Shown here in pieces: positions 52,330 through 64,000 of a DNA stretch of 64,000 nucleotides. Positions within the stretch are counted from its first letter, which is position 1; each line of letters begins with the position of its first letter. The notes under the pieces were generated by a model. It did no database searches and was not told the origin of the DNA. It saw only the letters and a list, made by a program, of their open reading frames with translations. Both the position numbers and the translations under genes were made by a program. This stretch comes from Raillietiella orientalis (lineage: Eukaryota): positions 4,278,001-4,342,000 of the forward strand of contig JAYWIR010000009.1 of the NCBI GenBank assembly GCA_036172245.1, given 5' to 3'.

Positions 52330-53290
52330 CCTAAGTGTCCGGTGGTAAGACACTCTTCCAACCGCCCGCAGGTTAACCATGCGGATCCCATAGCGGTTGC
52401 CAACCATAGCGAAAAGGTTGCGATCTTATTTTCATTGAAGATTCCATCGCGAAGATTACCTTTGTTCATCGGCATCTGTGCACAAGATGCAGATCCTTCC
52501 AAAGCCCTCATGCCTTGGGTTGAGTTTTCCTTTCACCTGTTTTGTGTATGGGAACAGGCTCATCTGATGGTGGTTGCCACCGGTGACGAACTGTTAGCAG
52601 TCAAGGATTTTCAATCTGGGTCTCTGATGTATCCATTTCCATCACTCCCATGGAACGGGGAGGAAGCATGGAGTCACCAGTTCTTCCATCCACAGTTCTT
52701 TAATCCTAGGCACTATTTTGAATTGATGAACTCTCACTGATGTCTGTTTTCTTTTCCAGGTGGGATCACTGTTCACCCATTCTCTAAGTCTGCCAATTAG
52801 GGCTGACAGACTACTCGAGCTGAGCAACTTCGAGAAAGCCCTATGCTCTGCAAATGGCCACTTGCCCCAATCGTTGCTGGGGTCCAGGGGTTGCCGCGCG
52901 CCCATGGTTTCAACGTTTCAACGTTCAGTGGTGTTGCAGCGACTTGATCCTGGTTTCGCCTTCTCTCGGGAGGCGGAAAATCTCGAGCCTAACCCACGGT
53001 TTAAATTTCCTTCACAACAGTTTCCTGTGCAGCTGCTCCGCTTCCATTCGGGTCTTCGAGTCCATTTGGCTGTAGGCCGCTCCGTAGAGCACCTTGGGAA
53101 GGAGCACGCCGTTCCACAGGTTGGCCCTCTTCTTAATGTTGGAGCCAACCCAGGTGTATTTCATTGCCTCCTTCCTCTCTGGGCTTTCTCAGGATTTCCT
53201 TCCACAGAGTCTTCGACGCTGATGCGTCTTCGATGTGGATTCCCAGGTATCTGATTTCATCTACCACTCGGAATCCCTACTCCGTTGGTG
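52330..53290 (-). mobile_element. Decayed L1/Tx1-type LINE ORF2 fragment (distinct subfamily)
   Basis: VDEIRYLGIHI...LWKEILRK...SNIKKRANLWNGVLLPKVLY...FKPWVRLEIFRLPRE, typical of the RT thumb and post-RT region of L1-clade elements. Confidence 0.7.
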
Positions 53291-55242
53291 AGGGGCGGTT
53301 CAGGATTAAACTCCTCTAGATGAAAGAGAAGTGCTCGAAAATTAAGATAAAAAGGTTATTAATTTCATGAATTACTCTATGCATTTGTAACGTACAAAAA
53401 ATGCTTCACGCTTGTGTATTTACTTAGACTGATATAACCACAATAATGGGTTCGGTAAATAGAAGTGAGAACGTGGTTCTGATTTTCAGCTATAAGATAA
53501 ACTTGATAGAGAAAACATTTTAAAATCTACTTTATTAAGTGTAATGCTCTGAAATCGTAAAGTCCAGAAGATCAAAATCATGCAAAATCACGGATACATT
53601 TTTGAAAAAGACTAGAAATAAAGAGCGAAATAATCGGAGTATAATATGTCAATTTTGAACTATTATAAATTTCCTATTCGAAATATCTGATTGCATTAGT
53701 GAGTATTTAGAAGTAAACTGGAATGAAACCATTGAAAGATGCTCAGAACCAACTGCCAACAGCAAGATGAAAAAAATACGCACCCTTACGTTACAATTTC
53801 TAATCTGAAACGAAACTTATCAACACGAATACGAATACCATCAAGACCTTCAGATAAGAACCTCATGCTCTCAAGATCCAAACCCTTGAATATAAAGTCT
53901 TTTCGATATAAAGATAATTTAGGCCCAGAAATTGTAGGAATGAAATTCAGACATTAAAGCACAATACATTGGAAAACCAAATGTAGAACCAGATGAATGT
54001 GTAATGTTAAAAAATGACAGTGCATAGATGTCGAATTTCTGTTGATGCACTTTTGAATGCTTGTCGAGTCAGTAGAAATTGTGAGAAAAGTATTTCGGAT
54101 TTCTACAGTTTAAAATAATCACATATTGGGAATTCCTACGTTACTAATATTAATTGTAGAATTATGAATAATCTTTATGCCAATATATATTCGCGAATGT
54201 TGCATATTTTAACTATAGAAGCACATTCCAAATATGGATGTTTTTTTTTAGAGAGAGAATGTAAAACGATATTGAATATTGTAAAGTAGTTTGAAAATTC
54301 GGTTCCTCCTAAACTTACTGACTATGAAAAATTTTCGAATTTACGTGGACACTCGGATCAAATTCGTAGCAACTAAACATTAAAAACTTCGGAAAATTTA
54401 TCTTTCCAGATACATTAATAAGTATTTTTTGTCAAAAAGTACGGATTTCAAATATAGTTAATTGAATCTGCAAGGATTCTGTGGAACAATAGAAGTAAAT
54501 TATTTCTTTTGTTCATACGGAAGGTTTTTCTTGACATGGAATTAAAATGGAATTATGAACAAAATGTTTCATACGAATTTCGTTTCGAAGATGAATGTGT
54601 ACATCCGCAGTAATGTCCGATTTCAGTTAAAAGCAGCTCAAAAGAGAACATCAAAATAAAGAAAGCACAAGCTGTCACAAGCTGTTTGTTTTGCTTTTGG
54701 TAAAAGAAGATCCAGAACTTTTATAAAGAGAAAATTAGGAAATGAGCAGAAAAGAATCGCGAATGTCGAATAACCACGAATGAGGAAAAAGTTCGAATTG
54801 TAAATGTAGTAATTGATTTGAGCATGGATACAGCAAATGAGTTACACAGATATAGTATTCATTTGTGTGGATTTGATCATTATTATAGTGTGTTGCACAT
54901 ACCTTTTATAAAACTCACAATAAAACCTTAATCGGTAGTCTTGAAAAACTACCAATTGAAGTATCTTTAAGGAAATGGTAAATGTTGAAAACAATCTCAG
55001 TTTTCAAATTATTGACTGAAATGTTTCCTTGTGAATTAATGGGTGCATTTTGACTTTTGATAGGTTTCGTGATTCAAAGCGATTCCCACTGGAGATCTGC
55101 TGGTGAAATAAGGGAAACCAATCTGAGATGAAATATTAGGGATGCGTTTTTATTTCGCTTTGTTTTTATTTCCTCCATCTAAATCATAAGCAACGAGTGT
55201 TTTGCAAGAGCCACTGAAATGGGACTTTCAAATTTCACGGAA

Positions 55243-55282
55243 AGGCGAAAAGCATTGGGCGCGTGCCCAATGCTTTTCGCCT
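55243..55282. repeat. Perfect 18-bp palindrome with 4-nt loop
   Basis: AGGCGAAAAGCATTGGGC-GCGT-GCCCAATGCTTTTCGCCT. Confidence 0.9.
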
Positions 55283-56856
55283 GGCGTTTTCGGGAGCGGC
55301 TGGCAGCTCTGCGGTGAACGCTGAACGGGGGACGAGTTGTGGCCGTGCGTCATGTTTTTAGAATGAAGTTTGTTATTCAGCATTGGTTTCCCATTATAGG
55401 ATAGTTTTTTCGTTCAATTACGTGGTGCTCCTACGGTTCACAGAAAAGGAAGCGTGACTGGCATGAACTCTAGAATTAAAGAATAAACATGTCCGTGTGA
55501 TTCATTAGGTATCAAAGTTGCACTGCATGTCATAGTTCTTTAAATACTGCCCAGCCATCCTAGTTCAGAAGAACAAAGTGAGAAATCTAGAATCATATTC
55601 AAAATATGCGTTTTCAAGTAGGAAAGCTTAATGCTTCCGGCCTCCAAGTTTTGCTTTGATATTTCAGGAAACTAAATGGTTCACGTATCGATCATTCCGC
55701 AACTGTAATAAAAGCCACGTTGTATTTTATTGATATATTTTATTAATATGTTAATTTTAATGAAGTAGACCTCACTACGTCCCTTTCAAAAGTTTTAACA
55801 GCTTCTACATCTTTTAAAGTAACATAGGGAATACCCGAAGTAAGCGTTGTGAAGTACGGATTCAAATTTCATTGTAAATCAGAATAATCTTTGCAAATTT
55901 GATCAAGAAAAGAAAAGTGTTATTCTCATGGCCAAGTGTAAGATCCTTATCAAATTTCAAAAAATGCTTAGGTAGATCATTCACTCTACAAACATAAACA
56001 CCTGGGTCACATTTGCATAGTTTGTGGAATGTACCTCTGTATGCATGCTTTATGAGCACTTTTATTTTATTTTATTTACATGTTTCTAACTACCATTCTC
56101 TGGAATGTATGCTGTATTTGTAGTGACCTTACTGTTTGTTTTCTTCCATCACTGTGGTAGTGTTTTGAGTAATTTGGCACAATCAGCAGAATTAGGTGTT
56201 GATTAAAGCACTAAGTAGTTTTTATCTCATCTTCGTGAACTCTGAGGGCATTCAATATCTGAAAGAACACAAGCAAAGATATCTGCAGAAAACAAGTAAA
56301 TAAAAGGAAAACATGAGATGAATAAAACTAACTTATAAAATGTGGGTACTTAGAAAGTAGATGAGCAAATTTTGGGGGAAAACGTCCAATGAAAAATTGT
56401 TTTTCATAAGTGAATATGTTTCCTTTTAGGATGCAGTGAATTCCAGAATGCATGGAAACAAGTGAATGGCACTGTCTTATAGGGTTGCATGGCTGTAATA
56501 AAAAAAAAAAATCTGATGTGTTTCCAAAACTGCAGTTATTGAGCACTGATGGGCAAATTATGTGATAGTTTACTTGAAGTGAGTGCTCTTTTGATATGAA
56601 GACCAATCACTATAAGAAGTGCATGGAGTAAATCTTAATTAAGAAGGGTAAATAAGTAAGTTGAGATGAATTGTCCTTTTTGAAATGAGAACAATGTAAA
56701 GGTGCCTCTGTACATTTTTGATATGCCATGAATTAACTAAACTGTTTATATCTTGATAAGAAGAGAACTAACTGATAGCAAATGTAGTTTCTTTCTTACT
56801 AATGATGGAGCAAATTAATTCTGTATTACTGACATCTTTTTGATAGAATCAGAAGT

Positions 56857-57644
56857 TTATACCATGAATAGTATTGCTAACACATGTTTGAAACTTGTGA
56901 TGCCAATAGTTGCCTTTGCTCATCAGTAACTTTGAACATGGAACCATGACCAGGAATCACGTAGTTTGCGATGTTAATAACTTTGAGACGATTTAGTCGT
57001 TGCAAATTTTCGTTATTACTTCCTGCTGACTTCCAAATATTTTCATTGGCAATATCATCTTCATTTTCAAATAAATCACCTAAAAATAATGTATTTTGTT
57101 ATGTTTGTTGCACATACAGACCCTATTTAATAGTTATATTACACAATTCCTTTTAAAAATATCTGGTAAAGCATGTTACCTGCAGCAACAACAACACCAT
57201 AATTTAGTGCATTTATTACTACACTAATATCATCAGATGTATGACCAGGAGTTGGGATCACAGTGACATCTTCATCTATCATATATGGCTTGCCTTTCTC
57301 AAAAGGATGTATGTCAAATATATCTTTAAAATAAATAGAAAATCCAACTATGTGTTTGGCTTCTTGAAATAAATTCAGGTTTCCGATATGATCTGGATGA
57401 CCATGTGTCCCAATCACATAATCAACATTGTCAGTTGACAGATTATGTGAAGAGATTTCTGAGAATCCTATTTTACAGATCATGTAATGTTACCTTTTAG
57501 TAAGAAGTCCTTGTCACAAGGTAATAGACAATCGATTAAAATCACGTGTGTGCCTTTTATGAGAACACAAGAACAATTTGCATGAATACTATCCTCATTA
57601 TTCAATGAATATCCGGTTTTGAGAATGTGTATTGAATATGGCAT
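56857..57644 (-). CDS. MBLAC1: Metallo-beta-lactamase domain-containing protein 1
   Basis: Exons 57644-57494, 57458-57180, 57079-56857. Motifs THGHPDHIGNLNLF, TPGHT, AGDLFE, IPGHG. The C-terminus may instead use a further exon at 56258-56211. Confidence 0.9.
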
Positions 57645-57735
57645 TATGTAAGTGTATTCTGAAATAAAATATATACGTAACTAGAATAAATTTAGTCAAC
57701 AAAACGAAGTAGTAATTTAATCAACAAAACAAGGT
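57645..57735. promoter_or_regulatory. Putative bidirectional promoter between MBLAC1 and LCMT1
   Basis: Only 91 bp between the divergent ATGs; contains a short direct repeat TTTA(G/A)TCAACAAAAC x2. Confidence 0.6.
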
Positions 57736-58956
57736 ATGGATCTACTGTATCCGGATGATGCTGTGCAAGCTACAAATGATGATGCTAGCATTTGTAAATT
57801 GTCAGGAGTAAGGCTGGGATACTGGAAAGATTCTTTCATTCCCTTTTTCATTAAAACACATGAGAGAAAACCTCCAGAAATAAATCGCGGCTATTTTTCG
57901 AGAGTGTTTGCTATACAGACACTGCTGTATCGTTTCATTCAGGTATGTCAGTTATGACATTATTGAAAAATCAGTAATAATGGATTAGGTAGCCCAGAAA
58001 CCAATTCAAATCATCAATTTTGGTGCTGGTTTTGATACACTTTACTGGCATCTAAAAGAAAGAAAAGTACCACTTTTAAAATATGTTGAAATTGATTTTC
58101 CTGCAATTACTGCTAAAAAGTGCTATTACATTAAAAAACACAAACAGTTGGAGGAGCCAATCCATTCTAGAGGTAGGAGGTGTTGACTAATAATATTCAA
58201 TGTTTGATCTTGTTTTCTTGGTGCATGAAGAGTTAACATTCCATGCAGCAGATTTAGATTCACAAGATTATCACATTATTGGTTGTGACCTAAGGAATCT
58301 TGCACAGTTACAGCTCAGATTATCCCAACTTCATCTAGAATCTAATGCTCCAACTCTGGCATTGTTTGAATGTGTACTGGTATACCTGGATTTAGCTGCC
58401 ACAAGGAATCTTTTAAAGTGGCTTGGAAGTACCTTCTCTACAATATGCACCATAAATTATGAACAGGTGCATTTTCTGATATCATCTGTACAAGCATTTG
58501 AGTGAGATGTGCTTTGTTGTGTAAAAATAACTTAAATTGTTAACTGCCGAAGTTGTGTAATTTGCACCAGTTCACTAGGACATGCATATTTCCAGGTAAA
58601 CATGAATGATAAATTTGGTGAAATTATGGTGAAGAATTTACAAATCCGTGGATGCTATTTGGGGAGTGTTGAGGCATGCAGTGATTTAGAAAGGCAGAAG
58701 CAAAGGTTATGATCGCATTTTTTCCAAATGTATAATGAATTTTATTAGATTTATAGAAGCAGGCTTTGATGGTAGTCAGAGTTGGACAATGAATACAATA
58801 TACCGCCTTCTAGACAAAAATGAAATAAACAGAATAGAACAAATTGAATTTTTAGATGAAAAGGAGTTGCTGGAACAATTACTGAATCATTATTGCATAT
58901 GCATAGGATGGAAAGATGCTTTAGGCTTGGGTGTAGAAAAAGTTGCCTTTAATTAA
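57736..58956 (+). CDS. LCMT1: Leucine carboxyl methyltransferase 1
   Basis: Exons 57736-57942, 57989-58172, 58231-58466, 58596-58705, 58749-58956. Motifs VQATNDDAS.CK, PEINRGY, NFGAGFDTLYW, EIDFP, ECVLVY, NYEQVNMNDKFG, IEFLDEKELLEQL..HYC. Confidence 0.93.
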
Positions 58957-59014
58957 GTGTTCATCAATGCAAGAAATAAAGGAACCTGAACTTACAGTAT
59001 AATACTTCATATAT

Positions 59015-61348
59015 TCACATTCTGGAAATCGACTGACGTAGCTTATGCCATTTCATAATTAAATGTCGCCGTTTTTCCCAAATGTACTTGCTTCCAAAAT
59101 ATTTATACATTCTAAAAAATAAATTACCCTAGGTGCATGTTATTCAATTTTACTGACATGCCATATTGAAGGCCACCTAAGTGAGCTGCATGATCTAAAA
59201 ACTTCCAATTCAGAACCAGTCCTGCTCCATCAAACACCACTAATGCTTTCAAACACTTACAGAAGATGAGCAAAAAACTGCATTGATCTTACTGTTGCTG
59301 CTGTAAAAGATATCATAGGTAAAAATGCAATCCTAAATTCTGCTTCCGGTACTTGTAAGCAAATGTATCCTAATATTGCCATGAGTGCTCCAGACTAAAA
59401 ACAGAAAACATACACATGGTAGTATTTTAACATTATAATGATCCTTCACCAATAATTTTTGTAATATGTAACTTTCTTCAAATCACTATCAAATGTTTAA
59501 AAAAGTAGATCCAAATAATACAACAAAACCACACTTACAGCTCCAACTGACATACCAGGTGTTTTGCTAATAATTTTAGCAGCATGACTTACTAAATTGG
59601 CAAACGTACCAGAGCTCAAATAAAAAAACATGAACTGTTCTGGACCCAAAAACCTCAAGGTAACTAAAAAGAAATGTAATTTACTAATGTCTTTTCTTTA
59701 CCTGAAGTTCCTACCCGAAATGAAGCTGTGTAATGCGTACATATTTAAAGCTAGATGGAATAAAGAATGATGACTGAATACAGATAACAGCATTGGTATA
59801 CATTTGGTTTCTGTAAAATAGATTTTTATATCACATGTTGTGAACTTAATGTCTTGCTTGTCAAAAGGCATTGCATCATGCAAAATTATTAAATTCTTGT
59901 GTTTATTGAGAAAAAAAGCCGTACACTGATGCCAAAAAATCTATTTACAAGTTGAAATGCACATTCATTTTGTGAATGCATACCATTTTCAAAAACTGGA
60001 ACTTTCAGCAACATAATTTGAAAAAGAACACTGGAAAGCTTACAAAAATAAATCTGAATCTTAATTTTATCACCAAACAATTTAAATACAATACATTTCA
60101 TCATATTATATGTATCACAGCAAAGAAATGAAAAACATGACATTAAGTCTAAAATAAAGAATAAATTATTGATTTCGTTCCAAAATTCGAACTTGAAAGT
60201 GCAGCCATCAAGAGTTAGTCGGACTAAGGATTTTGGCATGTGGTAGCATCTAAGCACAACTCTTACAAAGGAACACTTGAGTTTCAAAGCAAACTAAAAT
60301 CATTTCACAGAAATTCAGTCAAAAAAAAAAATGTAAATAATGAATACATCTAACACAACTTCAACAAAAACTCTTTAACAATGCTGCTGCCATTATTTTC
60401 TGTTCATGCCACTGCTTTCTTTTATTTGGTTCACATGTCCTACATAGCCTGTATTACAACTGATCCATGTGTTGACTTGTTTGTAATGAATTAAGCTGCA
60501 AGAATAATCTTTCCCTACTATTGGCGCTTTTTGGAAAATAACTCAAAAAGGAAATTATTTACTTTCAGCTAAACTGAAAGCTATTTTCCCTAATCTTGCA
60601 GGTAAATAAAAAGCAGGTGGTGGTGCTTACTAAAAATTTTTGAAAATGCATGTGTGCAAGAAAGCATCACTTTTTTACTAGGCTTATACATTATTATTAT
60701 TCTAGAACAGTAGACCAAAAACACTAAAGATGATTTTAGAGATGATTCATAATTTGATTTCTAACAAACAATATACCTGCATAAGGATTACAGACAAAAT
60801 ATTTCATCATGAATGGTCTCCATCTCTGAACTCTCCATGCTAATAACACAGCTGTATTGACTGCACAAATGGACCAAAAGAGTTTTTCATTTATTGGCAA
60901 CCTACTCCAAAACTCTCGTAACTGTTTCTGCATACCCTAAAAACCAAGAACATGCATAATCATTTCTTCAAACGAAATTTCATTCACATTTAATCCAATA
61001 TTACAATTTCTTTGTTGTACTTGGGAATCTACTCACGTATTTAAAAAATGGCTTTGTTTTATGAGGCCTGGATGCATGCACTTTTTTCCTGGCATTTTCA
61101 TAGTGTAAAAGCGACGCAGCAACAAAAGTGGAGCAAAAGATCTATACAAAAATATGTAACTTACGATAAAAAATTAGTATACGCACATTAACATATAAAA
61201 ACTGTTACAAGATTTAAAGGAAAATGTCTAAGTATGCTCACACTTGCAGTAAAACATATTGGTTTAAATAAAGCTTTTAATGAGACATCTTCAGGTGAAT
61301 CTGATCGAATAGAATCTGTTCCTTCGAATTTCCTACGAGTTCTGAAAC
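59015..61348 (-). CDS. PARL: Presenilin-associated rhomboid-like mitochondrial protease (first exon not resolved, probably within 61400-61560)
   Basis: Exons 61348-61242, 61141-61037, 60936-60777, 59810-59715, 59663-59539, 59394-59293, 59255-59158, 59111-59015. Motifs FSHHSLFHLALNMY, LGPEQF, GA|SGA (catalytic Ser), DHAAHLGG (catalytic His), IWEKR. Confidence 0.92.
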
Positions 61349-63239
61349 CTAAAAATGCACTTTAAGTTAAAGTAACGATCATGAAATATTCAATAGACTT
61401 TCTTAAGGCTATAAAATCAAACTTCTGCAGAAATCTCATTCCCTTATGTATCTAATTATGCAATCCGATTCCCAAGCAAAATTGAATGTGCCATAAGAAT
61501 CCTTTGCACGCTTTACATATTTCTCCATTATGAAGGGCTTACAATTCCAAACCATCATTAAAACCCACTATTACGTACTAGCAAAAAATAAGAAATGGGC
61601 AGTGTGGGTCGTAAAATTTTGCGAAACATACCTCTCCAAATCTGCACATTCGCTTGGAATTTAGTGAATGAGGTCCCTCTCCTAATGATGACGAGGTGAC
61701 AGGGCGAGAAGTGCGGCATGCTCGCTCCGACGGCAAACGCAATCACTCCACGTTTGGGCAATGCGCGACCACGTGCTACCCCGCCCGCCCCACCGCGCCG
61801 ACAGGCAATCAGCAGCGCTCCGCCACTCGAAACCTTCGTGGCCACCGCGGCAGGCAGTGTGCCGAAATGCTGTCCCTCACGCAGGGCCTCCACGCACGCA
61901 GCAACTTCCGTACACTGCAGATCATCGGATTCCGGTAGCATGTACACGTGCGTTCACCTGGAAAGGCATGCACATTCACGTTCGGGCAAGGTTTCCACGG
62001 CCGGGCGATCGGAAACGCGGCCGTCCGCCAGCAGAATTCGAAAAAACGATTCGGTTCAGGGATTCCTGCAGAATTGTGCTCCGTACCGACTTGGTGTGTA
62101 CCGTCGTACACTGCCAAACTTCTTGCAGACTCTGCCGATCCCGGCGGAGAACAGAGCTTTCCTCTTTATTAATTTTATCCTTGTTTATTTTCTGCTGCTG
62201 AGGACGTGGAGGAAACAAAGTTCAGACGGCTAGCATTCGATTACGTTTTCTCTGCCAGAGACCGTTAAACGAACCACAGAGATATTTAAAGAGCTGTTAT
62301 TATACCGCTCAAGTTTTACCGTACGTTTGAATTTACTGCTCCTGAAGTTCCGAAAGCGGCAGTTTGGAAACTAGGATCTGTACACCCGAGGTGATGCAAA
62401 AAAATCCACGGCATCCCAAACACAAAACACAAGATATTCGTGTACATGCATTTTCTCGACATCTTTTTGCAAAGTCCAGTCTTTCTGTTTACCTTAGAGC
62501 ATCTGGTTTACTGAGATTCATTCCACAAACGGCTTCAACCAAATGATTTTCTAGGGCATTCGATATCCAGAGAGAATGAATTCCCATGCCAGATTTAATT
62601 GTTGAATTCTTATTTCGGGCTATCTTGGTTTTGAAACAAAACATCACTTTATTCATTAATCTTTAATTGCTTTCAAAAACTTCGGTATTACGGAAATATC
62701 AAAAATCCGTGACAAGATGATGACAAGTCTCTAAGCAGAAAAGACTTCAAGAGACTTTCAAATAGAACAGTATTGCGTAACAAACCATCTCCTAATTAGA
62801 TTAGCAACAACCACTTCCGGAAGTTAATTTAGTTAAAAATGCGATACAGTGCAATTTGGGGCCCACAAAATTCGTATATATTGCAACTCCTTCAAGTAAA
62901 TGAGTACAAAAAGACACTATCCATTAATAATAAGAAGAATACAAGGCGAAAAAAAATTATATTTTCACTGTTGTCAAAAGTCGATTCCCAATTTGCATTA
63001 CTCGAAGATGTTCCCCAAGTAAAAAAAAATAGACTTTGCAAAAATTTCAGCATAGAAAAGAAATCTCAGTAAGGAAATCTCATAAATCTCTTTATTGAAA
63101 AAGACAGTACTCTGTCACTAAAACAAAAAAGAAGCATCAGAAGAATAAATGTAATCAGGATAATTGTTGCAACTTATGTAATCAGAAAATATTTGGATTT
63201 GGAAAGAAATTATTGCAAGCAAACGTTGTGATAATGTAA

Positions 63240-63900
63240 AGTCATAAAGGATATCATTCCCATTCAATACTCCAGTTTTTCTTCATCTTCATTCGTGACT
63301 TTTCCAGTCTAAACTTACAATCACCTTGTACTTGAAGTATAGCGAAACTTTTAATGAAGTCCCATTTTCACATTTAACTTCAGTTTTATTGTAAGCTTTT
63401 TTTAGAAGCTGCTTCTGGATGGAAAGAGAACTCCGATAACCTTATTCTTATTTTGACTATTTTGTTTTGTAATAGGATGTTTCAGTTACGGCACTCACTG
63501 ATGATATTTTCAGCTTTCTCCTCATCTTTCAAGAATTTCACATCCAAGCGTAAAGGTCACGAATATGTCGGTTGATAATACTATAAGGGATCTATTATCA
63601 AGTATCAGTTGCAATGTCCTCTGAGTCCAAGTGCTTTTAGATTTCATAAATATGGATATGGAAGTATGGGAAATGTATTTAACAACTCTTTTAGATTTTC
63701 GAAGATATCTACTCAGAATTGCACATCACCACCGTATCCATGATAATTTTTTTCAGGAACTTCAGAATTTCATAGTGAACATAAATTAATGATTCCCAAT
63801 GGGCAAATCTTCAAAAAAAATGCTGCCGGAAAACACGTCATTTCTGAAACTGTTTTGTATAAAAAAACATTTAATCTTGAATTCTAAATTTGTTTGCTAT
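63240..63900 (-). mobile_element. Possible degenerate DNA-transposase relic (EnSpm/CACTA-like)
   Basis: ICPLG...NYHGYGGDVQILSRY weakly resembles GPLW..FE....FHG....QI..RY; many stops. Confidence 0.2.
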
Positions 63901-64000
63901 AAAACTCTTCGATTTTTGTATTTTTTGCAAAATGAAAAAGTAGTCTCAGATTCTGTAACTAGGATGGTTTTGAGATTTCAGAAAGTTGTATTCTAAATAG

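Noticed and set aside
57080..61241. Three introns of exactly 100 nt (MBLAC1 57080-57179; PARL 60937-61036 and 61142-61241)
   Set aside because: No shared sequence; treated as coincidence.

Overview
Eukaryotic (animal, probably arthropod) genomic DNA in two compartments. The left ~47 kb is GC-richer and mostly decayed repeats. It holds only two intact-looking genes: the terminal coding exon of a FAM43A/B-like PTB-domain gene (+) and a 4-exon stand-alone START lipid-transfer gene (-, with a GC-AG intron). Around them lie (i) roughly 15-20 heavily mutated, apparently intronless fragments of an arthropod SmydA/msta-type SET-MYND gene in both orientations, (ii) several 5'-truncated L1/Tx1-type LINE copies, seven of whose 3' ends share an AATAAA(-like)+stem-loop terminus, (iii) an unclassified structured repeat, (iv) an hAT relic and microsatellites. 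The right ~17 kb is AT-rich and carries compact housekeeping genes with very small (35-63 nt) introns: COG1 (+), MBLAC1 (-) and LCMT1 (+) head-to-head, and PARL (-). The main candidate novelty is the dispersed SET-MYND pseudogene swarm, which is distributed like a mobile element. All identifications come from manual translation and recalled family motifs; no database search was run, and relic boundaries are approximate.
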